From contig JACPOW010000043.1 in the NCBI GenBank assembly GCA_016191335.1, forward strand, positions 3,704-67,703: a stretch of DNA of 64,000 nucleotides, read 5' to 3'. Source of the DNA: Elusimicrobiota bacterium (lineage in GTDB: Bacteria > Elusimicrobiota > Elusimicrobia > UBA1565 > UBA9628). The notes below the pieces were generated by a model. The model was not told where the DNA came from. It worked only from the letters and a program-made list of their open reading frames with translations, and did not search any database. Position numbers and translations under genes: made by a program. Numbering within the stretch: position 1 is the stretch's first letter; every line of letters starts with the position of its first letter. Below are positions 1-10,562 of the stretch, piece after piece.

Positions 1-1583
1 AGATGCCGCCGCCACAGCTCGGCGAGGGCCTCGTCGGACAGCCCCTTCTGCAGGGCCTCCGCCTTCTCCCCGGCCTTCGCCCCGCCGAGGCTCTGCGCGA
101 GGCGCCACGCGAGCCAGGCGGACTCGGCGTCGCCGACGGCCTGATGAGCGGCACCGAGATGGTCCCAGAGGGACTCGTCGTCGGCGATGGCGCGCGCCGA
201 CGCCTGGAGCTCGACGACGGCCTCGGTGCTGCGCCCCTGCTTGAACAGGGCCCAGCCGAGCGAATCGCGGTACGCGGCGTTGCCGGGCTCGAGGGCGAGG
301 GCGCCGCGGATGAGGCCCTCGGCCTCCGTGAGCTTCAGGCCGCGGTCGGCCAGCGCGTAGCCGAGGTAGTTCAGCGCCGGCGCGTCGTCGGGCTTGCTCG
401 CGATGAGCGCGCGGAACTCCGGCTCGGCCTCGGCCATCTTGTCCATCTTCTCGAGGATGGTCGCCAGCTGCCAGCGGGCGTCGCGGTCGTCGGGCTTGAG
501 CGCGAGGACCTCGCGCAGCAGCGCCGCCGCCTCGGCGCGCTCGCCGAGGTCGTCGTGGCCCAGGGCCAGGTAGTAGGCGATGCGGTCGTCCTTCGGCCAG
601 CGCTTCCGCGCCTCCTTCAGGGTGCGCATCGCCTCCCTCACGCCGCCGGACTGGAGCTGATAGTAGCCGAGGCGGAGGTGCAAGGTCGGGTCGTCCTTGA
701 GCGCCGAGCTGTCCTTCAGGTAGCCCGCGGCCTTCGCGAAGTCGCCGGCGCGCTCCGCGTCGGAGGCGAGCCAGGCGGCGGCCGAGGCGTCGTCCGGGCG
801 CTTCTCCTTCAGACTCAGGAACTCGGCGCGCGCGGCGGCGGCGTCCCCCCGCGCGGCCTCGAGCTCGGCGACGTGCGCCCAGAGCTCGTAGTCGTCCGGG
901 ATCGAGGTCATCACCTTGCGGTACTCGGCGACGGCCGCGGCGGTGTCGTGGGAGATCTCGAACACCTGACCGAGGGTCAGGCGCACCGGGTCGGACTCCC
1001 CCTCGTCGAGGGAGATCGCGCGGCGCAGCTTCTCGACGGCGGCGGCGTAGCGGGACTCCTGCGCGTCGAGCTTGGCGAGCTCGTGGAGCACCTTCGCGGC
1101 GTGCTCCGGGTTGGCGGCGAGGAAGCGCTCGAGCATCGCGCGGGCGCGCTTGGGGTCCTTCGGCGCGATGAGCTCGGTCAGCGCCATGATCGCGTCGATG
1201 GAGGCGGCGTCGAGCTTCAGCGCCGCCTCGAACTCCTTGACCGCCTCGTCCTCCTGGCCGCGCGACCAGAACACGCGGGCCAGGATCATCGCGGACTTCC
1301 CGTCGGTGGGGGCCAGCTCGAGCCGGCGCCGGGCCCATCTCTCGGCGCGGGACCAGTCCTCGAGCTCGAGGGCCAGGTCCGCCGCCTCGCCGGCGAGGAA
1401 CGCCGAGCCGGGATCGAGCGCGAGCGCCTTCTCGTAGGCCTCGAGGGCCTCGGCGTACGCGCCGCGCCGCTCGAGCAAGGTCCCGCGCAGGTACTCCTGC
1501 TGCGCGCCCGCCGAGGCTCCGGAGCCCGACGACGAGGAGGCCGCGGCCGGGACGGCGAGGAGGAGCGCCAGGAGCAGGTTCAT
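1..1583 (-). CDS. TPR-repeat protein with N-terminal signal peptide (3' end runs off the window)
   Basis: Not in the ORF track because no stop lies in the window. My reverse translation from ATG 1583 gives MNLLLALLLAVPAAASSSSGSGA, then TPR-like helices (YAEALEAYEKALALDP, EAVKEFEAALKLD, GLIRGALALEPGNAAYRDSLGWALFKQG), and stays open to nt 1. ATGA overlap with the rimI stop. Listed + ORF 3..1625 is its antisense shadow. Confidence 0.8.
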   Translation of the reverse strand, partial: MNLLLALLLAVPAAASSSSGSGASAGAQQEYLRGTLLERRGAYAEALEAYEKALALDPGSAFLAGEAADLALELEDWSRAERWARRRLELAPTDGKSAMILARVFWSRGQEDEAVKEFEAALKLDAASIDAIMALTELIAPKDPKRARAMLERFLAANPEHAAKVLHELAKLDAQESRYAAAVEKLRRAISLDEGESDPVRLTLGQVFEISHDTAAAVAEYRKVMTSIPDDYELWAHVAELEAARGDAAAARAEFLSLKEKRPDDASAAAWLASDAERAGDFAKAAGYLKDSSALKDDPTLHLRLGYYQLQSGGVREAMRTLKEARKRWPKDDRIAYYLALGHDDLGERAEAAALLREVLALKPDDRDARWQLATILEKMDKMAEAEPEFRALIASKPDDAPALNYLGYALADRGLKLTEAEGLIRGALALEPGNAAYRDSLGWALFKQGRSTEAVVELQASARAIADDESLWDHLGAAHQAVGDAESAWLAWRLAQSLGGAKAGEKAEALQKGLSDEALAELWRRH

Positions 1584-2005
1584 GGGATGTCGAGGTCCAT
1601 CAGCACGGCGTCCGAGCCATCATAGTAGAACTTCGGCCTGCGTCCGACAACCCTCGCGCCGGCCTTTTCGTAGAAGGCGAGGGCGCGCGCGTTCGCGGCC
1701 GAGGCCTCGAAGGAGACCTTCGCGCAGCCGCGCGCCTTCGCGGCGAGGAGCAGGGCGGACATCAGCGCGCGGCCGACGCCGCCGCCGTCCGAGGCCGCCG
1801 CCAGGTCGAGGAGCCGGCAGTCGTCGCCGACGACGCGCGCCAGCGCGTAGCCGCGCTCCGGAGCGACGAGGAAGATCGAGTCGTCCCGGCCGAGCTCGTC
1901 GGCGAGCGCCGCGCGGCTCCAGCCGGCGGCGAAGGGACGCGCGCCGATCGCGGCCGCGGCGTCGATGTCCCCCGCGGCGGCCGGCCTAACCGCGAGGCCG
2001 CTCAT
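1580..2005 (-). CDS. rimI: ribosomal-protein-alanine N-acetyltransferase (GNAT)
   Basis: 141 aa GNAT. Acetyl-CoA loop SDGGGVGRALMSALLLAAKARG. Follows tsaE-tsaB as in canonical operons. Overlaps tsaB by 20 nt. Confidence 0.85.
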   Translation of the reverse strand: MSGLAVRPAAAGDIDAAAAIGARPFAAGWSRAALADELGRDDSIFLVAPERGYALARVVGDDCRLLDLAAASDGGGVGRALMSALLLAAKARGCAKVSFEASAANARALAFYEKAGARVVGRRPKFYYDGSDAVLMDLDIP

Positions 2006-2558
2006 AGCTCGCGGGCTTCAGGTAAAAGGGCTCGAACGGCGGGATCTTCTCGGCGGCGAGCGCGGCGCGGGCGACGGGCAGGAGGTCGGCGGCGGTCGTC
2101 TCGCCGTAGGAGACGGTCAGGCCGCGCTTCTCCGCCGCGGCGCGCACCCCGGGCCAATCCTTCGGCGGCGTGAACGCCGCGGCGCCGACGGGCTTCCCCT
2201 CCTTATGCTCCTGGGTGTACACCTCGTCCTTCCAGCCCGGGAGCGCGCCGAGGACCCGGTCCGCCTTCGACCGCCCCGCGGCGGCCGCCAGGCGGCTGAT
2301 CGCGAGGGCGGGAATGCCCAATTGGAACCCGGCCGCGGCGGCGAAGGACATTCCGATGCGGATGCCGGTGAACCGCCCGGGGCCGGACGCCGCGGCGATC
2401 GCGTCGAGGTCCTCCCAGCGGAGCCTGGCCTTCTTCAATAGACGCTCGACGAGAGGCAGCAGGGCTTCGTCGTGCTTCTTCGCCGCGCTCTTCAGCTCGA
2501 GGGAGCCGAGGGCGACGGTCAGGACTTCGCCCGTCGCGTCGACGGCAAGTATATTCAT
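1986..2558 (-). CDS. tsaB: tRNA t6A37 biosynthesis protein TsaB (YeaZ)
   Basis: Listed ORF 1986..2690 trimmed to ATG 2558 (MNILAVDATGEVLTVAL). ATGA overlap with the tsaE stop. Motif ASGPGRFTGIRIG. Confidence 0.85.
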   Translation of the reverse strand: MNILAVDATGEVLTVALGSLELKSAAKKHDEALLPLVERLLKKARLRWEDLDAIAAASGPGRFTGIRIGMSFAAAAGFQLGIPALAISRLAAAAGRSKADRVLGALPGWKDEVYTQEHKEGKPVGAAAFTPPKDWPGVRAAAEKRGLTVSYGETTAADLLPVARAALAAEKIPPFEPFYLKPASYERPRG

Positions 2559-3004
2559 CGGAACGATTCTAGGATTTTTCGGGAGGCGGGGCCCGCGGCC
2601 TTCATCGCCAGGCGGCGTCCGCCGGGGGCGTGGGACAAGGTCGCCTCGAGGCGGTCCTTGGGCCAGACCCCGCCGACGGCGTCGGGCCACTCCACGATCA
2701 CCGCCCCGCGCGGGTCGGCCAGCAGCTCGTCTAGGCCGAGCTCGGAGTCCTCGCCGCGCGCCACGCGGTAGAGGTCGAGGTGATGCACGGTCAGGCGCTT
2801 GCCGCGATAGACGTGGGCCAAGGCGAAGGTCGGGCTCGACACGCGTCCTTTGTACCCCGCGCCGCGGGCGAGGCCGCGCACGAGCGTGGTCTTCCCCGCG
2901 CCGAGCTCGCCGCGCAGGAGCACCAGCGCCCCGGGCTTGAGCCTGCGGCCGATGCGCTCGCCGAGCGCGATCGTCTGCTCCTCGCTCGTCAGCCTCAATC
3001 GCAC
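2555..3004 (-). CDS. tsaE: tRNA t6A37 biosynthesis ATPase TsaE (YjeE)
   Basis: C-terminal 149 aa of listed ORF 2555..3340. GTG 3004 (alternative TTG 2998) overlaps the nnrD stop. Walker A GELGAGKTT and HHLDLYRV motif. Confidence 0.85.
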   Translation of the reverse strand: MRLRLTSEEQTIALGERIGRRLKPGALVLLRGELGAGKTTLVRGLARGAGYKGRVSSPTFALAHVYRGKRLTVHHLDLYRVARGEDSELGLDELLADPRGAVIVEWPDAVGGVWPKDRLEATLSHAPGGRRLAMKAAGPASRKILESFR

Positions 3005-3915
3005 AGGGCTTTGAACGCGCGCGGCAGGTAGTCCACGAGGTCGGCCGAGGTCACGGCCCACGGCGTGAGCTCCTTCTCGGCGGCGTCGCCCGCCGCGCCG
3101 TGGAGCCAGGCGCCGAGGGCGGCGGCCTTGAAGGGCAGGTCTCCCGTGACGCGCCCGGAGGCGATCATCTGCGCCCACAGCCCGGCGACGAGGCCGGTCA
3201 GCACGTCCCCCGTGCCGCCCTTGCCGAGCCCGGGCCCGCCGGTGGCGTTGGCGACGGTCCGCGCGCCCGACGAGACCAAGGTCTTGTGCCCCTTGAGCAG
3301 GACGACGCCGCCGAGGCCGCGCGCGAGCTTCTCCGCGCACTTCTGGCGCTGGGCCTCGACCTCGCTCTTCTTCATCCCGAGCAGGCGAGCGGCCTCCGCG
3401 GGGTGCGGCGTGTAGACGCAGGGCTGCTTGCGCGCCCGGAGCATCTGCTCCACGCCGCCGCGGTCCTGCTGGGCCAAGGTGTTCAGCGCGTCGGCGTCCA
3501 CGACGGCCGCGGCCGGCACGCCGGACAGCGCCAGCAGCACGAAGCGCGCCGCGTCGGCGTGGGTCGTGATCCCGGGGCCGATGGCCACGGTCGTCACGCG
3601 TCGGGCCTTCGCGTATTCCTTCAGGAGGTCGACGCCCTCCGGGCGGAACGCTCCGGCCGAGTTCTCGGGAAGGGCCAAGGTCATCGCCGAGGGCGCCGCG
3701 CCCGCGACGGTCCCGGCGACGCCCGACGGGACCGCGACCGTCACGAGGCCCGCGCCGGAGCGCAGGGCGCCGCGCGCCGCCAGGATCGCCGCGCCGGCCA
3801 TGCCGCGGGAGCCGGCGACGACGAGGACGTGGCCGAAGATCCCCTTATGGTCCCCGGGCTCGCGCGCGACAAGGCCTTCCCTCAGCTCCGCCTTCCCGAG
3901 CGCTTTGACGCTCAC
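2995..3915 (-). CDS. nnrD: ADP-dependent NAD(P)H-hydrate dehydratase (YjeF C-terminal type)
   Basis: C-terminal 306 aa of listed ORF 2995..4620. GTG 3915 in GTGA overlap with the HNH stop. Motifs HVLVVAGSRGMAGAAILAARGALRSGAGLV and GGTGDVLTG. Confidence 0.85.
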   Translation of the reverse strand: MSVKALGKAELREGLVAREPGDHKGIFGHVLVVAGSRGMAGAAILAARGALRSGAGLVTVAVPSGVAGTVAGAAPSAMTLALPENSAGAFRPEGVDLLKEYAKARRVTTVAIGPGITTHADAARFVLLALSGVPAAAVVDADALNTLAQQDRGGVEQMLRARKQPCVYTPHPAEAARLLGMKKSEVEAQRQKCAEKLARGLGGVVLLKGHKTLVSSGARTVANATGGPGLGKGGTGDVLTGLVAGLWAQMIASGRVTGDLPFKAAALGAWLHGAAGDAAEKELTPWAVTSADLVDYLPRAFKALCD

Positions 3916-4490
3916 GCGTTCTCTTGGGACAGGAGCTTCTTCCAGCTCTCCGGGATGTGCGCGCGGGGATGCGGCACGAGGCTCCCCATCAAGGTCCAGC
4001 GCGGCCGCTCCGGCTTGCGCTTGAGCGGCATGCCCGCCTCGTCCGGCAGGCGGTCGGCCTTCTTCAGGTTGCAGGGGCGGCAGGAGGTCACGATGTTCGT
4101 CCACTCGTTGGACCCGTCGCGCGAGCGCGGGATCACGTGGTCGAGGTCGAGCTCCTCGCTCGACTTGCGCTTGCCGCAATAGGCGCACTTGTAGCGGTCG
4201 CGGGCGAAGACGTTGTGGCGCGTGAAAGCCACCTCGCGGTGCGGGATGCGGTCGTAGCGGACGAGCCGGATCACCTCGGGCACGGCGAAGCGCAGGTTCG
4301 TCGAGCTCACGAAGCCCGACGGGATCTCCACCCAGTTGGACGAGGCGGCGACCCAGGCCTCGAAATCGTAGGGGGTCAGGTCCTCGTCGAGCGCCTCCGC
4401 CAGGCCCATGTAGACGAGCGTGATCGCCCGCCGCCAATCGGCGACGGCGACGGCCCGGAAGCTCCTGTTCAGGACGAGTGTGCGGCTCAT
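3912..4490 (-). CDS. HNH endonuclease family protein
   Basis: 192 aa with YKCAYCGKRKSSEELDLDHVIPRSRDGSNEWTNIVTSCRPCNLKK (Cys4 zinc plus His-Asn-Asn HNH core). First gene of the tsa/rimI operon. Confidence 0.8.
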   Translation of the reverse strand: MSRTLVLNRSFRAVAVADWRRAITLVYMGLAEALDEDLTPYDFEAWVAASSNWVEIPSGFVSSTNLRFAVPEVIRLVRYDRIPHREVAFTRHNVFARDRYKCAYCGKRKSSEELDLDHVIPRSRDGSNEWTNIVTSCRPCNLKKADRLPDEAGMPLKRKPERPRWTLMGSLVPHPRAHIPESWKKLLSQENA

Positions 4491-4498
4491 GTCCCAAT

Positions 4499-4507
4499 AG
4501 ATTAACA
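4499..4507 (-). promoter_or_regulatory. extended -10 box TGTTAATCT, 8 nt upstream of HNH ATG (leaderless-type promoter)
   Basis: Read directly from the sequence. Part of the recurrent pattern described in findings. Confidence 0.45.
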
Positions 4508-4571
4508 GGCCAATCAGGGGAAATCAACGCCCGGATGGCGAAACTCTTTGTTTCTCGGTACAATCCGTGCC

Positions 4572-5099
4572 ATGAACGACCAAATCCGAGCCGTCCCCAC
4601 GACCGTCGCCGCGGGCGCATGCCTCTCCCTGCTCGCGATCATCTTCGGCTTCGTCATCGGCGGCGCGTTCGGAGCCGCCGAGGACGCGATCAAGAAGCGG
4701 CTCGATGTCTCCGGAACCGCCGTCCTGGAGACGGTCTATAAGGGAGACGCGGCGGCGAAGGACGCCGTCGTCAAGAAGTCGTGGTCGTACCTGATCCGGG
4801 CCCACCTCCACGGCGGGGCGATCGGGACGGCGGCGCTGGCGTCGATCGCGACCATGATCCTGCTGTGCCCGCTGGGCCCGGTCGCGCAGGGCAGCGCCTT
4901 GGCCTTCGGCGCGGGAGCGCTGATCTACGCGTCGTTCTGGATGATCGCGGGCTTCATGGCGCCGGGCATGGGCAGCACGGGAGCGGCCAAGGAACACCTG
5001 TCCTTCATCGCGATCCCGGGCGCGGGCCTGTGCCTCCTCGGCGCGTGCGGGACGCTCTTCTCCGTCGCGAAGGCCTGCTTACTTCGCCCGCGCGCCTGA
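4572..5099 (+). CDS. hypothetical polytopic membrane protein
   Basis: Track starts at TTG 4548. ATG 4572 is preferred because TACAAT 4559-4564 lies 7 nt upstream. Hydrophobic helices LSLLAIIFGFVIGGAFG, AIGTAALASIATMILL, ALIYASFWMIAGF, IPGAGLCLLGACGTLF. No family recognised. Confidence 0.6.
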   Translation: MNDQIRAVPTTVAAGACLSLLAIIFGFVIGGAFGAAEDAIKKRLDVSGTAVLETVYKGDAAAKDAVVKKSWSYLIRAHLHGGAIGTAALASIATMILLCPLGPVAQGSALAFGAGALIYASFWMIAGFMAPGMGSTGAAKEHLSFIAIPGAGLCLLGACGTLFSVAKACLLRPRA

Positions 5100-5378
5100 G
5101 GCGAGCGGGCGGGAGGCGCCCGCGTTCCAGCGCTCGAGCTTGTGCAGGTTCCGGACCAGGAGCCGCGCGACGAACAGGGGGTAGCCCTGGTCGCGGAGCT
5201 TCGCGGCGCTGAGGATCTTCATCTGGTCGACCGTCATGTCCGGGTGGGTGAAGCGCCCGTCGGCGTAGCAGTAGCTGCAGTAGGAATGGCTCTTCGCCCC
5301 GTCGGAGTAGGTGCCGCCGCCCTTGGGATCGTTCTTGAGCGGCATGCCGCAGCTCTGGCAATCGTTCTGGGTCGTCAT
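5079..5378 (-). CDS. putative zinc-ribbon domain protein
   Basis: Trimmed to ATG 5378, with GGAGG 7 nt upstream. MTTQNDCQSCGMPL...SHSYCSYCYADGRF gives two CxxC pairs. 21-nt convergent overlap with the preceding membrane gene. Confidence 0.65.
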   Translation of the reverse strand: MTTQNDCQSCGMPLKNDPKGGGTYSDGAKSHSYCSYCYADGRFTHPDMTVDQMKILSAAKLRDQGYPLFVARLLVRNLHKLERWNAGASRPLASGARAK

Positions 5379-5503
5379 ACGCATACCTCCGACGGCGGGG
5401 AACCGTCCTTGTGCTTCGACGCAACGCTCTGGCCTGTAACGCCCGGGGCGCGGCGCGCACCCACTTGAGTACAATCTGGGACGTTCCCACGGAGGCTCAC
5501 CCC

Positions 5504-6550
5504 ATGCCCGTCGACATCGAAACCGGAGTCCGCGACTACTACGGAAAGACCCTGAAGAGCGGAGCCGACCTGAAGACCGACGCCTGCTGCTCGCCGTCCG
5601 CCCTGCCGCGGCCGGTGCGCGAGGCCCTGACGAAGGTCCACGACGAGGTCACCGCCCGCTACTACGGCTGCGGCCTGACCATCCCGGGCGAGCTGAGCGG
5701 CCTGAGCGTGCTCGACCTGGGCTCGGGCTCGGGGCGGGACTGCTACATCCTGTCCCAGCTCGTCGGCGCGAAGGGTCGCGTGACGGGCGTGGACATGACC
5801 GACGAGCCGCTCGAGGTCGCCGAGCGCCACCGCGCCCATCACGCCGAGGCCTTCGGCTACGGCAACGTCGAGTTCCTCAAGGGCGACATCTCGCGCCTCG
5901 ACGCGCTCGGCCTCGCGGACGCGTCGTACGACCTGATCGTGTCCAACTGCGTCATCAACCTCGCCCGGGACAAGGCGTCCGTCCTGCGCGAGGCCCGCCG
6001 GGTGCTGAAGGAAGGCGGCGAGCTGTACTTCTCCGACGTCTACGCCGACCGGCGCGTGCCCGAGGAGCTGAGGAACGACCCGGTGCTTTACGGGGAGTGC
6101 CTGGGCGGCGCGCTGTACTGGAACGACTTCCTGGCCCTGGCCCGGCGCGCGGGCTTCGCCGACCCGCGGCTCGTCGAGTCGCGACCGCTGGCGCTCGACG
6201 CGGGGCCGATCCGGGAACGCGCCGGCCACATCGGCTTCTACTCGGCGACCTACCGCCTGTTCAAGCTCGAGGGCCTGGAGCCGGCGTGCGAGGACTACGG
6301 CCAGGCCGTGAGGTACAAGGGAACGATCGCCGACGCGCCCCGGGAGTTCCGCCTCGACGGGCATCACCGCTTCGAGGCCGGGCGGATTATGACGGTGTGC
6401 GGCAACACGTCGCTGATGCTCGAGAGGAGCCGCTTTTCGCGGCACTTCGACTTCCTCGGGGACAGGACGACGCACTTCGGCATCTTTCCCGGCTGCGGGA
6501 CGAGCCTGCCGTTCGCGGCGGAGCCGAGGAACGACGGTGCCTGCTGCTAA
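5504..6550 (+). CDS. arsM: arsenite S-adenosylmethionine methyltransferase
   Basis: Trimmed to ATG 5504 (GGAGG 5491-5495). SAM motif VLDLGSGSGRDCY. ArsM-type cysteines present (KTDACCSPS, VSNCVINL, YGECLGGALY). Confidence 0.8.
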   Translation: MPVDIETGVRDYYGKTLKSGADLKTDACCSPSALPRPVREALTKVHDEVTARYYGCGLTIPGELSGLSVLDLGSGSGRDCYILSQLVGAKGRVTGVDMTDEPLEVAERHRAHHAEAFGYGNVEFLKGDISRLDALGLADASYDLIVSNCVINLARDKASVLREARRVLKEGGELYFSDVYADRRVPEELRNDPVLYGECLGGALYWNDFLALARRAGFADPRLVESRPLALDAGPIRERAGHIGFYSATYRLFKLEGLEPACEDYGQAVRYKGTIADAPREFRLDGHHRFEAGRIMTVCGNTSLMLERSRFSRHFDFLGDRTTHFGIFPGCGTSLPFAAEPRNDGACC

Positions 6551-7427
6551 GTGGGCCGCGGCGGGGACCACCGCCCAGGGGAAGCCCCGGGCGAGGGTCG
6601 AGCCCGCTTCGCTGACGACGGTGTGGCTCAACACCGGCACGCTCTGCAACATCGAGTGCGCGCATTGCTACATCGAGTCCTCCCCGCGGAACGACCGGCT
6701 GGAATACCTGCGCCTCGCCGACATACGGCCCTTCCTCGACGAGGCCCGCGACGCGGGCGCGCGCGAGATCGGCTTCACCGGCGGGGAGCCGTTCATGAAC
6801 CCGGACCTGATCGCCATGGCGGGCGAGTGCCTCGACCGCGGCTTCGAGGCCCTCATCCTGACCAACGCGATGGCGCCGATGATGAACCGCAGGCGCGAGC
6901 TTCTCGACCTGCTCGTTCGCCGGGGCCGGGGCCTGCGCCTGCGCGTCTCCCTCGACCACCACGCCGCGGCCGCGCACGACGCCGAGCGCGGCGCGGGCGC
7001 CTTCGAGAAGACCTTGGCCGGGCTGCGCTGGCTGCTCGACGCGGGCTTCGACGCCTCCGTCGCCGGACGATCCTTCGTCGAGGAGAGCGAGGAGGCGGCG
7101 CGAGAGGGCTACCGCCGCGCGATCGGGCGCGAGGTGGAGCTGACGGTGTTCCCCGAGATGGCCGCGCCGGGCGATCTGCCCGAGATCACGACCGAGTGCT
7201 GGGGCCTCCTCGGCAAGTCGCCGGAGTCGGTGATGTGCGCCTCCTCGCGCATGGTCGTCAAGCGCCGCGGGGAGGAGCGCCCCGCCGTCGTCGCCTGCAC
7301 CTTGATCCCGCACGACCCGCGCTTCGAGCTCGGCCGGACCTTGGCCGATTCATGGCGGCCGGTCGCCCTCCAGCACCCGCACTGCGCGTCGTTCTGCGTG
7401 CTCGGCGGCGGGTCCTGCTCGCCATGA
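6537..7427 (+). CDS. arsS: radical SAM / Cys-rich domain protein, ArsS-like (arsenosugar biosynthesis type)
   Basis: GTG 6537 overlaps arsM by 14 nt. CNIECAHC matches CxxxCxxC. The Cys-rich tail HPHCASFCVLGGGSCSP resembles the rSAM/Cys-rich (DUF3641) family usually adjacent to arsM. This assignment is from memory and no HMM was run. Confidence 0.6.
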   Translation: MPAAKWAAAGTTAQGKPRARVEPASLTTVWLNTGTLCNIECAHCYIESSPRNDRLEYLRLADIRPFLDEARDAGAREIGFTGGEPFMNPDLIAMAGECLDRGFEALILTNAMAPMMNRRRELLDLLVRRGRGLRLRVSLDHHAAAAHDAERGAGAFEKTLAGLRWLLDAGFDASVAGRSFVEESEEAAREGYRRAIGREVELTVFPEMAAPGDLPEITTECWGLLGKSPESVMCASSRMVVKRRGEERPAVVACTLIPHDPRFELGRTLADSWRPVALQHPHCASFCVLGGGSCSP

Positions 7428-8092
7428 GCGTCTCCGTCGTCGTGCCCGTCCACGCGGGCGGCGCCGACTGGCTGCCGCGCATACTCGCGCGTCTCGCCGA
7501 GGTGCCCGGGCTCGAGGTGATCTGCGCGGGAGACGCCCCGCCGCCGGAGGGCTCCGGCGCGCGCTTCGTGCGCGTGGACGCCTCCTCGCGCGGCGCGCGC
7601 CTGCGGGCCGGCATCGACGCCGCATCGCATCCGACCCTCCTGCTCCATCACCCGCGCTCCCTCGTCCCGGCCGAGGGCCTGCGCTGGCTCGCGTCGCGCG
7701 CGGGCCGGGCCGGCTGGGGCGGGTTCACCCACGCCTTCGACTGGGACCACCCCCTGCTGCGCTTCACGAGTTGGTACTCGAACCGGGTGCGCGCCTCGCG
7801 CCGGGGCATCGTCTACCTGGACCACTGCGTGTTCTTCGAGAAGGCCCTGCTGACCCGGCCCATCCCGCCGGTCGAGATCTTCGAGGACACCGAGCTGTCC
7901 TTGATCCTGCGGGAGAGCGGGCTCCCGGCGCTCGCGCCCTTCGCCGTCGAGACCTCGGCGGTGCGCTTCCGCGCCAACGGCCCGTGGCGCCAGGCCCTGC
8001 TCAACCAGCGCCTGAAGCTCTCCTACCTCCTCGGCGCCTCCCACCGGCGGATGAACGCGCGCTACGAGCGCGGCCTGGGCCTGAACAGCTAA
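7424..8092 (+). CDS. glycosyltransferase family 2-like protein (rSAM-associated transferase type)
   Basis: C-terminal 222 aa of listed ORF 6551..8092. ATG 7424 in ATGA overlap with the arsS stop. VSVVVPVHAGG..., RGARLRAGIDAA, LLLHHPRSLVP, YLDHCVFFEK, FEDTELSLILRESG, ETSAVRFRANGPWRQALLNQ follow the pattern I recall for rSAM/selenodomain-associated transferase 2. Confidence 0.55.
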   Translation: MSVSVVVPVHAGGADWLPRILARLAEVPGLEVICAGDAPPPEGSGARFVRVDASSRGARLRAGIDAASHPTLLLHHPRSLVPAEGLRWLASRAGRAGWGGFTHAFDWDHPLLRFTSWYSNRVRASRRGIVYLDHCVFFEKALLTRPIPPVEIFEDTELSLILRESGLPALAPFAVETSAVRFRANGPWRQALLNQRLKLSYLLGASHRRMNARYERGLGLNS

Positions 8093-8101
8093 ACTGTCGG
8101 G

Positions 8102-10513
<2,412 letters not shown>

Positions 10514-10562
10514 CCGTCCGGCGCTGGCGTCTCCCCGGTTTTACGCTTACACTTCCGCAGGC

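Noticed and set aside
3-1625. Listed + strand ORF of 540 aa
   Set aside because: Arg/Gly/Leu/Ala/Pro-rich with no motifs. The opposite strand encodes a clean signal peptide plus a TPR protein coupled to rimI by ATGA. This is a classic high-GC antisense shadow ORF.
7425-7427. Possible selenocysteine (TGA) read-through at the end of the radical SAM/Cys-rich gene, since some members of this family are selenoproteins
   Set aside because: Read-through would give ...SCSP-U-ASPSSCPSTRAAP..., which has no family-like sequence. The TGA is part of an ATGA overlap with a well-supported downstream gene start. I saw no obvious SECIS-like hairpin.
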